This document shows positions 38,998 through 49,394 of a stretch of DNA of 64,000 bases, piece after piece (position 1 is the stretch's first letter; each line of letters begins with the position of its first letter). The position numbers and the translations under genes are program-made. The stretch comes from Candidatus Poribacteria bacterium (GTDB lineage: Bacteria; Poribacteria; WGA-4E; WGA-3G). The DNA lies in NCBI GenBank assembly GCA_965198235.1, contig OZ240248.1, forward strand, positions 3,840,001-3,904,000, written 5' to 3'. Under the pieces are notes generated by a model, which was given only the letters and a program-made list of their open reading frames with translations, made no database searches and had not been told where the DNA came from.

Positions 38998-40304
38998 AGC
39001 AGCTTACATGCTTACTCATTGCCCTATTTGCTGTGGCAGCAGTGCCAGCGAAATTCGCAAGTGCCGATGAATGGCACCAGTGGCGTGGTGAAAACCGAGA
39101 AGGTGTTTGGAACGAAACGGGTATCCTTGAAAAATTTGAAGGAGAGCAGATTCCGCTTCGTTGGCGGGTCCCTATCGGAAGTGGCTACAGCGGACCGAGT
39201 GTTGCTGATGGGCGCGTATACGTCACAGATAGACTCACAAAACCGAAACAGGTTGAACGCGTTCACTGCTTCGATTGGGAAACAGGCGAATCCATCTGGT
39301 CCTACACCTACGATTGCGAGTACAGGATTGACTATACAGCAGGTCCCCGTGCGACTGTGACGGTGCATGACGGACTCGCTTATGCCTTAGGCGCGATGGG
39401 GCATCTGCACTGTTTTGACGCTGCCACGGGTGACATCGTCTGGAAAAGAGATCTCAATACCGAATATAATATTAATATGCCTATCTGGGGCATCGCAAGC
39501 GCGCCTATTGTTGAAGCGGAAAACCTAATCGTTCAAATCGGCGGTAAGCCGAATGCCTGTATAGTCGCATTTGACCGAAAAACCGGTGAGGAAAAGTGGA
39601 AAGCATTGGACGATAACGCCTCTTATTCGGCACCAATCGTCATTACGCAGGCAGGTGAACGGGTTTTAATCTGCTGGACGGGTGCCAATATCGCAGCACT
39701 TGATCCGCAAACAGGTGCAGTGCACTGGCTCTATCCGTTTCTACCGGAAGGCTTTGAGATAGCAATTGCTACCCCTATTTTCGATCAGAACGAATTATTC
39801 GTCACTGATTTCCGTCAGGGATCTCTTCTTCTGAAGGTGCCACAAGATAAGTTGGCAGTAGAACTCGGCTGGCATCGTAAGGGCAAAGACGAGCAGCACA
39901 CCGATGCACTTCAGACGACAATGGCGACACCTGTGCGTCTTGGTGGTTACATTTACGGTGTGGATAGTTATGGCGAACTCCGGTGTTTAGATGCGCGAAA
40001 CGGTGATCGGATTTGGGAAGACCTCTCCGCCGTACGGAAAGCGCGCTGGAGCAACATCCATTTAATCAAGCATCCTGCGTCATCAGAAAACCGAATCTGG
40101 ATGTTCAACGAACAGGGCGAACTTCTCATCACGGAACTCTCTCCCGAAGGACTGAATATTATCAGTCGCGCCAAATTAATCGAACCGACACGCGATCAGC
40201 TGAACCAAAGAGGCGGTGTTACGTGGGCACATCCTGCATTTGCCTATAAGCACGTCTTCATTCGGAACGACAAAGAACTCGTTTGTGCCAATTTAGAAAA
40301 ATAG
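38994..40304 (+). CDS. PQQ-binding-like beta-propeller protein, secreted
   Basis: Signal peptide, WHQWRG, repeated D..TG...W motifs. Confidence 0.88.
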   Translation: MKQLTCLLIALFAVAAVPAKFASADEWHQWRGENREGVWNETGILEKFEGEQIPLRWRVPIGSGYSGPSVADGRVYVTDRLTKPKQVERVHCFDWETGESIWSYTYDCEYRIDYTAGPRATVTVHDGLAYALGAMGHLHCFDAATGDIVWKRDLNTEYNINMPIWGIASAPIVEAENLIVQIGGKPNACIVAFDRKTGEEKWKALDDNASYSAPIVITQAGERVLICWTGANIAALDPQTGAVHWLYPFLPEGFEIAIATPIFDQNELFVTDFRQGSLLLKVPQDKLAVELGWHRKGKDEQHTDALQTTMATPVRLGGYIYGVDSYGELRCLDARNGDRIWEDLSAVRKARWSNIHLIKHPASSENRIWMFNEQGELLITELSPEGLNIISRAKLIEPTRDQLNQRGGVTWAHPAFAYKHVFIRNDKELVCANLEK

Positions 40305-40305
40305 C

Positions 40306-40660
40306 GGATTTCTTCTTTTTAGCCAAAGATGACAAACCTGAAACGTTTTTTAATGATTGGCCTTTGATCACCGTTCTACTACGTTTCGCGGTGGTTTCTG
40401 GTTAAGTACAGAAGGGTTTCATGAGAAAAACGTTTTTTTTTCAGCCCCGTAGGGGCGATATCTGTGTAGAGGAAGGCGGATCTACGGAAGAGAACGTCAA
40501 CCCTCACAGCATGCCAACCGAACCACAAGGAATAATTAGAAATGGATTTCTTCTTTTTCGCCAAAGATCGTAAGCCTGAAACGAAGTGGAAGGCGGATCT
40601 ACGGAAGAGAACGTCAACCCTCACAGCATGCCAACCGAACCGCAAGGAATAATTAAAATA
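40306..40660. repeat. Composite repeat cluster: about 70-bp direct repeat (40470-40540 and 40588-40658), inverted hairpin repeat (40346-40404), REP at 40444
   Basis: ggaaggcggatctacggaagagaacgtcaaccctcacagcatgccaaccgaacc occurs twice. Confidence 0.9.
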
Positions 40661-43654
40661 ATGGAAACGACCCGAATGCCGGATGTAGAGTTGCGCCCCG
40701 GCGAACAACTTCACGGCTTTGAGGTAAAAGCCGTCACACCGATCGACGAATTGCGAGCGGTGACGATTGAATTAGCACATCAACAGAGCGGCGCACGTTT
40801 GCTACACCTCTACACAAACGACACAGAGAATCTCTTCTCCATTAATTTTCCGACCCCACCATCAGACGATACAGGTGTCCCGCATATTCTTGAACACGCC
40901 GTCTTAGCAGGCTCACAAAAATATCCGGTCAAAGAACCGTTTTTTGAAATGATTAAGATGAGCATGGCAACCTTTATCAACGCCATGACGAGTTCGGATC
41001 ATACCTACTATCCCGTAGCGAGCAATGTAAAGAAGGATCTCTTCAACTTGGCAGAAGTCTACTTCGATGCGGTATTCCACCCTCTCCTTACAGAGGAGAC
41101 CTTCAAACGCGAAGGGCACCATCTCGCACCCGTCGATCCCGAAGATCCGACGGGCGATTTAAAGGTAACCGGCATCGTCTATAACGAGATGAAAGGGGTC
41201 TTCTCGGATCCAGAATCACTGTTGTATCGCTCAATGACAAGCCGGCTCCTTCCAGATACGCTTTATGCATGCGAGTCTGGTGGAGATCCTGATGCTATTC
41301 CGGAATTGACGTACGAGCAGCTCAAAAAATTCCACGAAACCTATTATCATCCCAGTAACAGTTACTTCTTTCTCTATGGTGATATTCCGACCAGCGATTA
41401 CCTTTCCTTTCTTGCGGATAAGTTAGATAAGATTCCGAGAAACGAGGCAGGTGATGCCTTACGACCCCTCAGTCCAGAAGTCACCCATCAGCCGAGATGG
41501 AAATCACCACAAGTTGTGATCGATATCTATCCCGTTGGCGCAGATGAACCGCTCACAGAGAAGACGTACCTCATGCTGAGTTGGTTCATCGGGGATGCGA
41601 CCGATCCGGAAGAGATTGTTTTGGGACGTATTTTAAGTCTCATTCTTCTGGGCAATGAAGCCGCACCGCTCCGAAAAGCGATTATCGATTCTAAACTCGG
41701 TGCGGATCTCGTCTACTCCGGTGCCGGTTCTATCGGGGCAGCAGCAACTTTTTACCTTTTACTCAAAGGGAGTGAAACGGATCGCGTCGAGGCGTTTACC
41801 GAACTGGTTACCGATACCCTAACTCAGATTGCGGATTCAGAGATTGATAGTGAGAAGGTGGAAGCGGCGTTCCAGCAAGCAACCTATCACTACCAAGAGG
41901 TCGCGTCGATGTTCCCGCTCCGCATGCTCCAACGTGTCATTGAGGGTTGGATATATGAGAAGGATTCAAACACCTTCCTAAATATGGGTAAAACGCTCGC
42001 TGATGTCCGTCAGCAGTGGCAGGAAAATCCAGCGATTTTCAATGAACTCATCTGTGAACAGCTTATTGAAAATCCACACCGCTTGACAAGCGTGCTATCT
42101 CCAGATAGAGACATGCAGGCGAAAACCGATGCTGAACTCGCTGGACGGATGAAGGAAATACGGGCACAACTGACTGATGAGCAGGTGAAACATATTGCCG
42201 CTGATGCCGCTGAACTCGAACGTCTCAACGAACAGCCTAATTCACCGGAGGCATTGGCGAGACTGCCGCAACTTCAGGTCAGCGATCTACCCGAAAAACC
42301 GAGACATATCCCGACAACGGTCGAGAACGTTGGTGGACGCGCCCTTCTCCGCAATGATGTCTTTGCCAATGGGGTCAACTATCTCGTGCTAAACTTCGAT
42401 TTGCAAGGGTTGCCGGAGCATCTTTGGACCTATCTGCCGAGATACACCGATGCTATTAGCAAACTCGGTGCCGCCGATATGGACTATGCAGAGATAGCGC
42501 ATCGGACATCGGCAGTCACCGGCGGAATAGGATGTTCACCGGGGTTCAGCACACATGCTCTTGACGCAAATCGTTCCTTGCAAAGCATGCGATTTCACCT
42601 CAAAGCACTTGATGGCAAAACGGACGCTGCGCTTGACGTGCTCCATGACCTTATCTTTGATGTAAACCCGCGCGATACCGAACGCCTTCGCGATGTCTTG
42701 GTGCAAGCTGTTGCTGAATACCGCACGGAAATGATTCAGGAGGGGTTGAATACGGCGATTCATCACGCTTCGCGAGGTCTTTCGCCAGAAGCGCATCTCT
42801 CGGAGATTGTTTTCGGTCTCCCGCAACTCCACAACAGCGAAACATTGCTCAGCAGTTTTGACGAACTTAACACCGATCTCATGTGTCATATAGAAGCGAT
42901 TCGCGACTTCCTACTAACCCGCGGGCGGGTGACCGCGAGTTTCACTGGTTCCGACACCACTTTTGAGCAGACGCACACCAGACTCGGTGAATGGCTCAGC
43001 ACGATGCGAGATGAACCGATCCCTTCGGAATCAATTGTGTTTCAACCGTTTGGAACGCCGCCGAGAGAAGGGTTAGCCGGTCCTATTCAGATTGCGTACT
43101 GTGCGCACGTGATGCCGGCACCGCACTATTCGCACCCTGATTCGACATTGCTCAGTATCGGGGCGCATATTTTGCGATTGGATTACATCATGAGCGAGAT
43201 CCGCTTTAAAGGCAACGCTTACGGGGCATATTTCACCTATAGTCCGTTTGATGCTCAACTGTATCAAGCCTCATATCGCGATCCGCACGTCGCGCGGACC
43301 CTCAACGTCTTCGCACAGGCAGCCGACTACGTTAAACAGGTGGAATGGACGCAGACAGATATTGATCGAGCAATTATCGCGACTGCGAAAAGTGCTGAAA
43401 AGCCGATTCGCCCAAGTCAGGCTGCCAGCGACGCACTGGGTCAATACCTCATAGGTCAGACACGCGAAATGCGAGAGGATCGCTACGCACAACTCCGACG
43501 GGCAACGCCTGCTGAGGTAAAACGGGCACTTCTCGAACTCTTAGAAGGAAATCAAGATAAAGCCGCGGTATGTGTCGTTTCAAGTCGTGAAAAACTGGAA
43601 GCCGCAAATCGTGAATTGGCACAACCTCTTGTCATTGAGGACATTATAGCCTAA
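40661..43654 (+). CDS. M16C metallopeptidase (presequence protease/PreP-like)
   Basis: HILEH inverted zinc motif, FINAMT, GIVYNEMKG, YHPSN, NAYGA, SYRDP. Confidence 0.93.
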   Translation: METTRMPDVELRPGEQLHGFEVKAVTPIDELRAVTIELAHQQSGARLLHLYTNDTENLFSINFPTPPSDDTGVPHILEHAVLAGSQKYPVKEPFFEMIKMSMATFINAMTSSDHTYYPVASNVKKDLFNLAEVYFDAVFHPLLTEETFKREGHHLAPVDPEDPTGDLKVTGIVYNEMKGVFSDPESLLYRSMTSRLLPDTLYACESGGDPDAIPELTYEQLKKFHETYYHPSNSYFFLYGDIPTSDYLSFLADKLDKIPRNEAGDALRPLSPEVTHQPRWKSPQVVIDIYPVGADEPLTEKTYLMLSWFIGDATDPEEIVLGRILSLILLGNEAAPLRKAIIDSKLGADLVYSGAGSIGAAATFYLLLKGSETDRVEAFTELVTDTLTQIADSEIDSEKVEAAFQQATYHYQEVASMFPLRMLQRVIEGWIYEKDSNTFLNMGKTLADVRQQWQENPAIFNELICEQLIENPHRLTSVLSPDRDMQAKTDAELAGRMKEIRAQLTDEQVKHIAADAAELERLNEQPNSPEALARLPQLQVSDLPEKPRHIPTTVENVGGRALLRNDVFANGVNYLVLNFDLQGLPEHLWTYLPRYTDAISKLGAADMDYAEIAHRTSAVTGGIGCSPGFSTHALDANRSLQSMRFHLKALDGKTDAALDVLHDLIFDVNPRDTERLRDVLVQAVAEYRTEMIQEGLNTAIHHASRGLSPEAHLSEIVFGLPQLHNSETLLSSFDELNTDLMCHIEAIRDFLLTRGRVTASFTGSDTTFEQTHTRLGEWLSTMRDEPIPSESIVFQPFGTPPREGLAGPIQIAYCAHVMPAPHYSHPDSTLLSIGAHILRLDYIMSEIRFKGNAYGAYFTYSPFDAQLYQASYRDPHVARTLNVFAQAADYVKQVEWTQTDIDRAIIATAKSAEKPIRPSQAASDALGQYLIGQTREMREDRYAQLRRATPAEVKRALLELLEGNQDKAAVCVVSSREKLEAANRELAQPLVIEDIIA

Positions 43655-43739
43655 ACCTATTTAGGCGCGTATACTTTTCCTTGGTAGGTGCGGTTTCTAA
43701 CCGCATCACGCTTACTATAAAAAATGAAAGGAATTAGAG

Positions 43740-45089
43740 ATGAAGAGAATCGCAATTCTGATGATATTTACGCTTGTTTTGGCAGTGATTGCAGCAAGCG
43801 CATCACAACCTGTTGGTTTCGAGAAAAACTGGCATCATTGGCGCGGACCACACGCAACCGGTGCCGCTGTCGAAGCCAATCCGCCCACGACATGGAGCGA
43901 AACTGAAAACATCCGTTGGAAAATTGCTATTCCGGGTACGGGACACGCCTCGCCGATTATCTGGGAGGACAAAATCTTTATCCAGACTGCAATTAAAGGC
44001 GAAGCATCCAAAGTGGAAGCCGAGGAATCAGGAGGTGATAATCCGTTTAGCGGCCTCTTTAACCAGAGGCGTGGACGGGAGGCAATTGAAAACTCTTACA
44101 AGTTTGATCTTATCGCCATCAATCGAAATGATGGCAGTATTCTGTGGCAAAAGACACTGCAAGAGTTAAATCCTCATGAAGGGACGCACCAAGATGGCAC
44201 TTTCGCTTCAAACTCGCCGGTCACCGATGGTGAGTACATCTATGCTTATTTTGGTTCGCGCGGACTCTACTGCGTTGATATGATGGGCAATGTGAAGTGG
44301 GAAAAGGACATCGGGACGATGTATAAGAACCTCACCTTCGGTGAAGGGAGTTCTCCTGTTCTTCACGGCAACACGCTTGTTATCGTTCAGGACCATGAGA
44401 GGGACTCTTTTATCACCGCACTCGACAAGCGGACAGGAGATGTTCTATGGAAGACCGACCGCAACGAAGGGACGACGTGGTTTTCACCGATTGTTGTTAA
44501 ACAGGACGGAAAACCTCAGGTGATCACTGCCGGCACAAATCGTGTCCGTAGTTATGATTTGGAAACCGGCAAACTTCTATGGGAAGGCGACGGGTTGACT
44601 GCGAATAGTATTCCTTCCCCTGTTGCTGCTGATGGGTTCGTATACCTGATGAGTGGTTTCCGAGGCAATGACTTGAAGGCAGTCCACCTTGCAAAAGCAA
44701 TGGGTGATATTACTGGATCGGATGCAGTCGTCTGGCAACACGGTCGGGATACACCTTATGTGCCATCGCCGCTCCTCTATGGAGAAACACTCTATTTCTT
44801 GAAAAGCAACGACGGTATCCTTTCTGCCTTCGATGTTAAAACCGGACAGGCGCACTATGGACCGAAACGGTTACAAGGCGTTTCTGGGGTCTATGCATCC
44901 ATTGTTGGTGCAGCCGATCGCGTCTATATCACTGGACGTAACGGGACAGTGAACGTTCTTCAACACGGTCCCGAATTTACAATCATAGCGGAAAATACGC
45001 TCGACGATAGTTTCAACGCATCGCCTGCAGTTGTCGGTTCGGAGTTATATCTCCGCGGCGGCCAGTATCTCTACTGCATTGCGGAATAA
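43740..45089 (+). CDS. PQQ-binding-like beta-propeller protein, secreted
   Basis: Signal peptide, NWHHWRGP, repeated SP.. and TG...W motifs. Confidence 0.88.
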   Translation: MKRIAILMIFTLVLAVIAASASQPVGFEKNWHHWRGPHATGAAVEANPPTTWSETENIRWKIAIPGTGHASPIIWEDKIFIQTAIKGEASKVEAEESGGDNPFSGLFNQRRGREAIENSYKFDLIAINRNDGSILWQKTLQELNPHEGTHQDGTFASNSPVTDGEYIYAYFGSRGLYCVDMMGNVKWEKDIGTMYKNLTFGEGSSPVLHGNTLVIVQDHERDSFITALDKRTGDVLWKTDRNEGTTWFSPIVVKQDGKPQVITAGTNRVRSYDLETGKLLWEGDGLTANSIPSPVAADGFVYLMSGFRGNDLKAVHLAKAMGDITGSDAVVWQHGRDTPYVPSPLLYGETLYFLKSNDGILSAFDVKTGQAHYGPKRLQGVSGVYASIVGAADRVYITGRNGTVNVLQHGPEFTIIAENTLDDSFNASPAVVGSELYLRGGQYLYCIAE

Positions 45090-45184
45090 GTGGATTAATG
45101 GCTGTCAGCAGTTGGTTCCGTCAGTTGTCAGCAAGAGGATGTTCATTCATCAGAAAACCTCTTTGCTGATGGCTGACGGCTATT

Positions 45185-45934
45185 CTAATACGTTGCTCTT
45201 CCGCCGCTGACATCGTAGCACTGTCCTGTCACAAAACTCGCCTCATCCGAAGCCAAGAAATTCACCACAGCGGCAACTTCCTCCGGTTTCCCAACACGTC
45301 CCAACGGAATCTTACCGACCATATAATCGATGGTTGATTGTGCCATGCCTTCTAAGAGCGGTGTTTCGATGACCGCTGGGGACACCGCATTCACACGGAT
45401 GTTATAGTCGGTTACCTCTTTCGCCAGTGCTTTCGTCAGACAGATAACACCAGCCTTAGATACCGAATATGGTATAAGTGTCGGATTGCCCTCTTTGCCG
45501 GCAATTGAGGCGATGTTCACAATCCTGCCGTAGTCCTGTGCAATCATTGGACCAATCACTGCCTTACAACAGAGAAAGACACCCGTCAGGTTTACACCCA
45601 TCACGGCATCCCAATCCGCTTCTTCCAAGTCGGTTAATGGCAGTGTCCGCCCTGCAATACCGGCGTTGTTGACGAGGATGTCAACACGGTCTAAAGTTGA
45701 AATAATTTTCTCAACGGCGGCATTGACATCAGTGGATTGTGAAACATCTGCCTGAACAGGCAGCGCGCTGCGTCCGATGGAAACCTCAATTTCCTGTGCT
45801 ACCGCTTCCGCTGCTGCCATGTTTAAATCCATGATGGCGACATCTGCCCCAGCGTTCGCGAGTCTAATGGCAATCGCTTTGCCAATACCTTGTCCTGCGC
45901 CTGTCACAATCGCAATTTTATCCGTTAGATTCAT
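45185..45934 (-). CDS. SDR oxidoreductase (FabG-like)
   Basis: TGAGQGIG, NNAG, YSVSK. Confidence 0.93.
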   Translation of the reverse strand: MNLTDKIAIVTGAGQGIGKAIAIRLANAGADVAIMDLNMAAAEAVAQEIEVSIGRSALPVQADVSQSTDVNAAVEKIISTLDRVDILVNNAGIAGRTLPLTDLEEADWDAVMGVNLTGVFLCCKAVIGPMIAQDYGRIVNIASIAGKEGNPTLIPYSVSKAGVICLTKALAKEVTDYNIRVNAVSPAVIETPLLEGMAQSTIDYMVGKIPLGRVGKPEEVAAVVNFLASDEASFVTGQCYDVSGGRATY

Positions 45935-46487
45935 TAAAATCTCTCCCTTCCAGAAAATCGTCTAATTCTATTCCAAAGGCATCCGCTATCCGGTTGACGT
46001 AGTTGAAAAAGCCAACGACCTCCACAATAGCGAAAAGTGCCTCGTCAGTGAGCCCATAACTGCGGAGGTGTTCCAAGTCTGCAGGTGTAACTGTAGGTGC
46101 TGCTTTTGTCACCTTAACGGCAAATTCAAGGATCGCTTTTGTGGCTTCGTCAATATCAGATGTCTGAAAATTCGCCACTATCTGTGAAATCTGTTCGTCT
46201 GTGAGTTGTTCCCGCAACTCATCGGCATGCGCTATTATTCAGTAATGGCATTCGTTCACTTTCGAGACAACGGTGGCGATCATTTCCCGTTGCATCCGAC
46301 TCAATGGAGAGTCCGGGTCGTGCATCACGATTTTGTAGAGTTCAACGAAAGCGCGCATACTTTTCGGTCGCACGCTGAAAAGTTTGACGATATTGTAAAG
46401 TTGACCCGCCCGCGCCATCGCCGCGTCGTATTCCTCTTTCACGATACCGGTCGCATCTGCCTCATCTACGGTTTGAATCCACGCCAT
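45918..46487 (-). CDS. AhpD/CMD-type peroxidase-related protein, probable selenoprotein (UGA=Sec at codon 83, CHYU)
   Basis: Two in-frame ORFs joined across the TGA at 46239-46241: REMIATVVSKVNECHY-U-IIAHADELR...FNYVNRIADAFG. Confidence 0.85.
46202..46221 (-). promoter_or_regulatory. Candidate bacterial SECIS hairpin UGAGUUG-CGGGAA-CAACUCA
   Basis: 7-bp stem starting 18 nt after the UGA, with G in the apical loop. Confidence 0.6.
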
Positions 46488-46490
46488 ATT

Positions 46491-47720
46491 TTATTCTCCA
46501 ATCACAACGCCGTATTCACCAACGACCGCGCCTTTGTGTCCGGTTTGATAATGTAGGTGTCTCTCACCGACAATAGGTTGTGTGCTCTGGACCTCAACGG
46601 TGCCGCGCACTTTCCCCATTGCACCTTCATCCATATCTACGCAGCAGAGTGGCTTAATTTGGCGATGCACTTGCCGACGAATCTCACCTTGCCGGTTGCG
46701 GACGATGACGTTAACGAAGGCATCTGCTTCTCCAACGTTAAGGAATCGGAACCAATCCCATGCGCCACCCGCAATTTCAGGGAAAAAGAGTCGAATCCCC
46801 ACCTGTCCGCCCTCCACCGATGCACCGGGTAGATCGATAATGGCTGTCCCACTTTGCATGTGTCGTTCCGCGACAACCGGCTGATTGCTGCGGACCTCTA
46901 CGGAGGATTTCACTGTAATATCGTCCATGGGCGGTGTCCAACACTCAAAAGGTCTCAGTCGATCGCGTTTTTTTGTCCATGTCGATTGCGCGTCGTCATC
47001 TTTACGTGCGACCATCGTTACTTCTGCATCTTCTCTTCCGACATTGACGATCACAACCCAGTCTTCCCATGCCGGTCCGACCTCTGGAAAAAAGAGGGTA
47101 CGGGGTGCATCCGCAATCACCTGTCCAAATTGCCCGACACTGGTCTTGCCACCTTGATAGTGGAGATGCCGTTCACCGACGATCGGTTGTGAACTTTGCA
47201 TCTCAACTGTGCCAGTGACATTGCCCATAACACCTTCATTGAGATCCCAACAACAGAGCGGTTTGATGACGTGGTGGCGTTGCCGCAGTACATCGCCGTT
47301 CCTGTTTCGGACGGTGATGTTGACGTGCGCGTCTGCCTCACCGACATTGAGAACCCGAAACCAATCGTGAGCACCGGAGACCAATTCTGGGAAAAAGAGT
47401 CGCTGCCCAACTGTCCCATATTCTGGAGCCGCGCCAACAAAATCAAGCACGTTCGTGTCCTTGTGCATGTGTCGTTCTGCCACAATCGGTTGGTCCGCAG
47501 TGAACTGCATTGAGGAGTTCGTTTTAATCTCTTCAACGTTCGGTATCCAGGACTCGAAGGAACTTATTGTTTTCTCCGCAGACCAGGTGGGTTGCCCGTT
47601 GTTGGCGTGCCTCGCGATTGCAGTCACTCGGGTATCTTCAGTCCCCACATTCGTAACTTGGACCCAGTCTTGCCATTCGGGTCCCACTTCTGGAAAATAA
47701 AGGGTTGTCGCGCCTGCCAT
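46491..47720 (-). CDS. Protein with four internal repeats of about 100 aa (ABAB), function unknown
   Basis: Four copies of L(Y/F)FPE...DW...NVG...QP(I/V)V.ERH. Confidence 0.8.
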   Translation of the reverse strand: MAGATTLYFPEVGPEWQDWVQVTNVGTEDTRVTAIARHANNGQPTWSAEKTISSFESWIPNVEEIKTNSSMQFTADQPIVAERHMHKDTNVLDFVGAAPEYGTVGQRLFFPELVSGAHDWFRVLNVGEADAHVNITVRNRNGDVLRQRHHVIKPLCCWDLNEGVMGNVTGTVEMQSSQPIVGERHLHYQGGKTSVGQFGQVIADAPRTLFFPEVGPAWEDWVVIVNVGREDAEVTMVARKDDDAQSTWTKKRDRLRPFECWTPPMDDITVKSSVEVRSNQPVVAERHMQSGTAIIDLPGASVEGGQVGIRLFFPEIAGGAWDWFRFLNVGEADAFVNVIVRNRQGEIRRQVHRQIKPLCCVDMDEGAMGKVRGTVEVQSTQPIVGERHLHYQTGHKGAVVGEYGVVIGE

Positions 47721-47978
47721 TACTGCCTCCTATTTAAAGTCTGTTTTATTACGCTACATGCTCACATAGTGTGATTATTGGAAAATTAGGAGCTTCATGA
47801 TTGAGATTACTGTTACTATTTTAACTTGCATTTATTTATATTTTCCACTATAATTTCGGTCGATGTCATTTGGTTCGCACTTATATTAGGAAACTTGTCC
47901 GATTTCAAAAGGCTTTATGACGACGCATCACTAAATGCCTCTCGCAATTCCACTACACATCTTGAGGAGAAATATTTA

Positions 47979-48266
47979 ATGGCAGCGAAGAAACTCTCAG
48001 ACGCTGAAATTCAGGAAAACTTGGGACAACTCAACGGTTGGATCGTGGAAGACGGTAAGTTACATAAGGAATTCCAGTTTGATACTTTCGTTACGGCGTT
48101 CGGTTTCATGGCGCAACTCGCCTTAATCGCCGAATCGATGAATCACCATCCTGAATGGTTTAACGTCTATAACCGCGTGACAATTGACCTGATGACCCAC
48201 GACGCAGGTGGCATCAGCGATCTTGATTTTCAGTGGGCAAAACACGCAGATTCGATTAGCGGTTAA
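47979..48266 (+). CDS. phhB: Pterin-4-alpha-carbinolamine dehydratase
   Basis: NHHPEWFNVYN, THDAGG; GAGGAG RBS. Confidence 0.92.
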   Translation: MAAKKLSDAEIQENLGQLNGWIVEDGKLHKEFQFDTFVTAFGFMAQLALIAESMNHHPEWFNVYNRVTIDLMTHDAGGISDLDFQWAKHADSISG

Positions 48267-48314
48267 ACCGGTTTTCTGTAGGCGGAAATGACATAACCCG
48301 CCCTGGAGAGACGT

Positions 48315-49262
48315 ATGGATACACCTAAAGTCTTGATTGGCAGTCGGCAGGCTCCAGAAATTGAAGCGATGCTATCGGATGTTCCACCGGGCGTTGAGGT
48401 TCGCTTTTTGCCTCACGGTGAACCTTTGCATGAGCATATCGCCGATGTTGATATTTTGTTTGGACGCATTGGCGAAGATGCGATGTCAAAAGCAGCCGCA
48501 TTGCGTTGGGTGCACCAACCGCATGCAGGGGTTGAGGGGTTTATGTACCCCGCTTTCAAGGCGAGCGATGTTATACTCACTAACTGCCGAGGCTTGTACG
48601 GCACACAGATTGCCGAACACGCCTTTGCCCTCCTTTTATCCATCACCCGTCGGATTCCCGATCAGTTGGAATTTATGAAAACGAAGCATTGGGAGCGTGT
48701 TCCATGCGTTGAACTGGCGGGTATGACAATGGGAATCCTCGGGCTGGGTGGAATCGGACGAGCGATTGCGGCACGCGCACAAGCGTTTGAATTTAATGTC
48801 ATTGCTGCTGATGTAGAACCAATTGATAAGCCTGATACCATCTCAGAACTTTACGGTTTGGATGGATTGATGGAATTCTTAGCGAAATCGAACATTCTCA
48901 TGGTGTGTTGTCCAAGTACCCCCGAAACGCATAAACTCCTATCAGATGCACAATTTAATCAGATACCCGATGCGAGTTACCTCGTGAATGTTAGTCGAGG
49001 CAAGGTTATTGACGAAACGGCATTGGTAACCGCACTGCAAAGTGGGCAATTAGCAGGTGCGGGGTTGGACGTAACTTACATGGAACCGTGTCCACCGGAA
49101 AGTCCGCTGTGGGAACAGCAGAATGTGATTCTGACCTCGCACAGTGCAGGCTCCTCGCAGCACGTTCGGAGACGTGCCATGCAACTTTTTATAGACAACC
49201 TACACCGTTACGTGAAAGGTGATCCCTTAGTCAACGTCGTTGACAAGCAGAAGGGATATTAA
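48315..49262 (+). CDS. D-isomer-specific 2-hydroxyacid dehydrogenase
   Basis: GLGGIG, VNVSRG, GAGLDV, EP, TSHSA. Confidence 0.92.
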   Translation: MDTPKVLIGSRQAPEIEAMLSDVPPGVEVRFLPHGEPLHEHIADVDILFGRIGEDAMSKAAALRWVHQPHAGVEGFMYPAFKASDVILTNCRGLYGTQIAEHAFALLLSITRRIPDQLEFMKTKHWERVPCVELAGMTMGILGLGGIGRAIAARAQAFEFNVIAADVEPIDKPDTISELYGLDGLMEFLAKSNILMVCCPSTPETHKLLSDAQFNQIPDASYLVNVSRGKVIDETALVTALQSGQLAGAGLDVTYMEPCPPESPLWEQQNVILTSHSAGSSQHVRRRAMQLFIDNLHRYVKGDPLVNVVDKQKGY

Positions 49263-49365
49263 TAGGACTTACGCAGTTGCTTCATCAAGTCCCCCTGATA
49301 AGGGGGATTTAGGGGGTTTAAAAATCAGAAATTTCCTGTTACATGCTAAATTTGTGTAAGTCCTG
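49263..49365. mobile_element. MITE with AGGACTTAC(G/A)CA terminal inverted repeats and attaa duplication (degenerate copy at 9634-9721)
   Basis: taggacttacgca ... tgtgtaagtcctg; attaa on both sides. Confidence 0.7.
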
Positions 49366-49394
49366 ATTAAGTTAAAACATAGACTGGAGGAAAA

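Noticed and set aside
40306-40660. CRISPR array
   Set aside because: Only two long repeat units, no regular spacers, no cas genes
40586-40660. ORF-track N-terminal extensions (also at 35361, 47826, 54340, 55419)
   Set aside because: Repeat-derived or upstream of better RBS-supported ATGs; later starts were chosen
45918-46217. Separate 99-aa gene, or a pseudogene call for the peroxidase
   Set aside because: Better explained as the C-terminal half of a UGA-recoded selenoprotein
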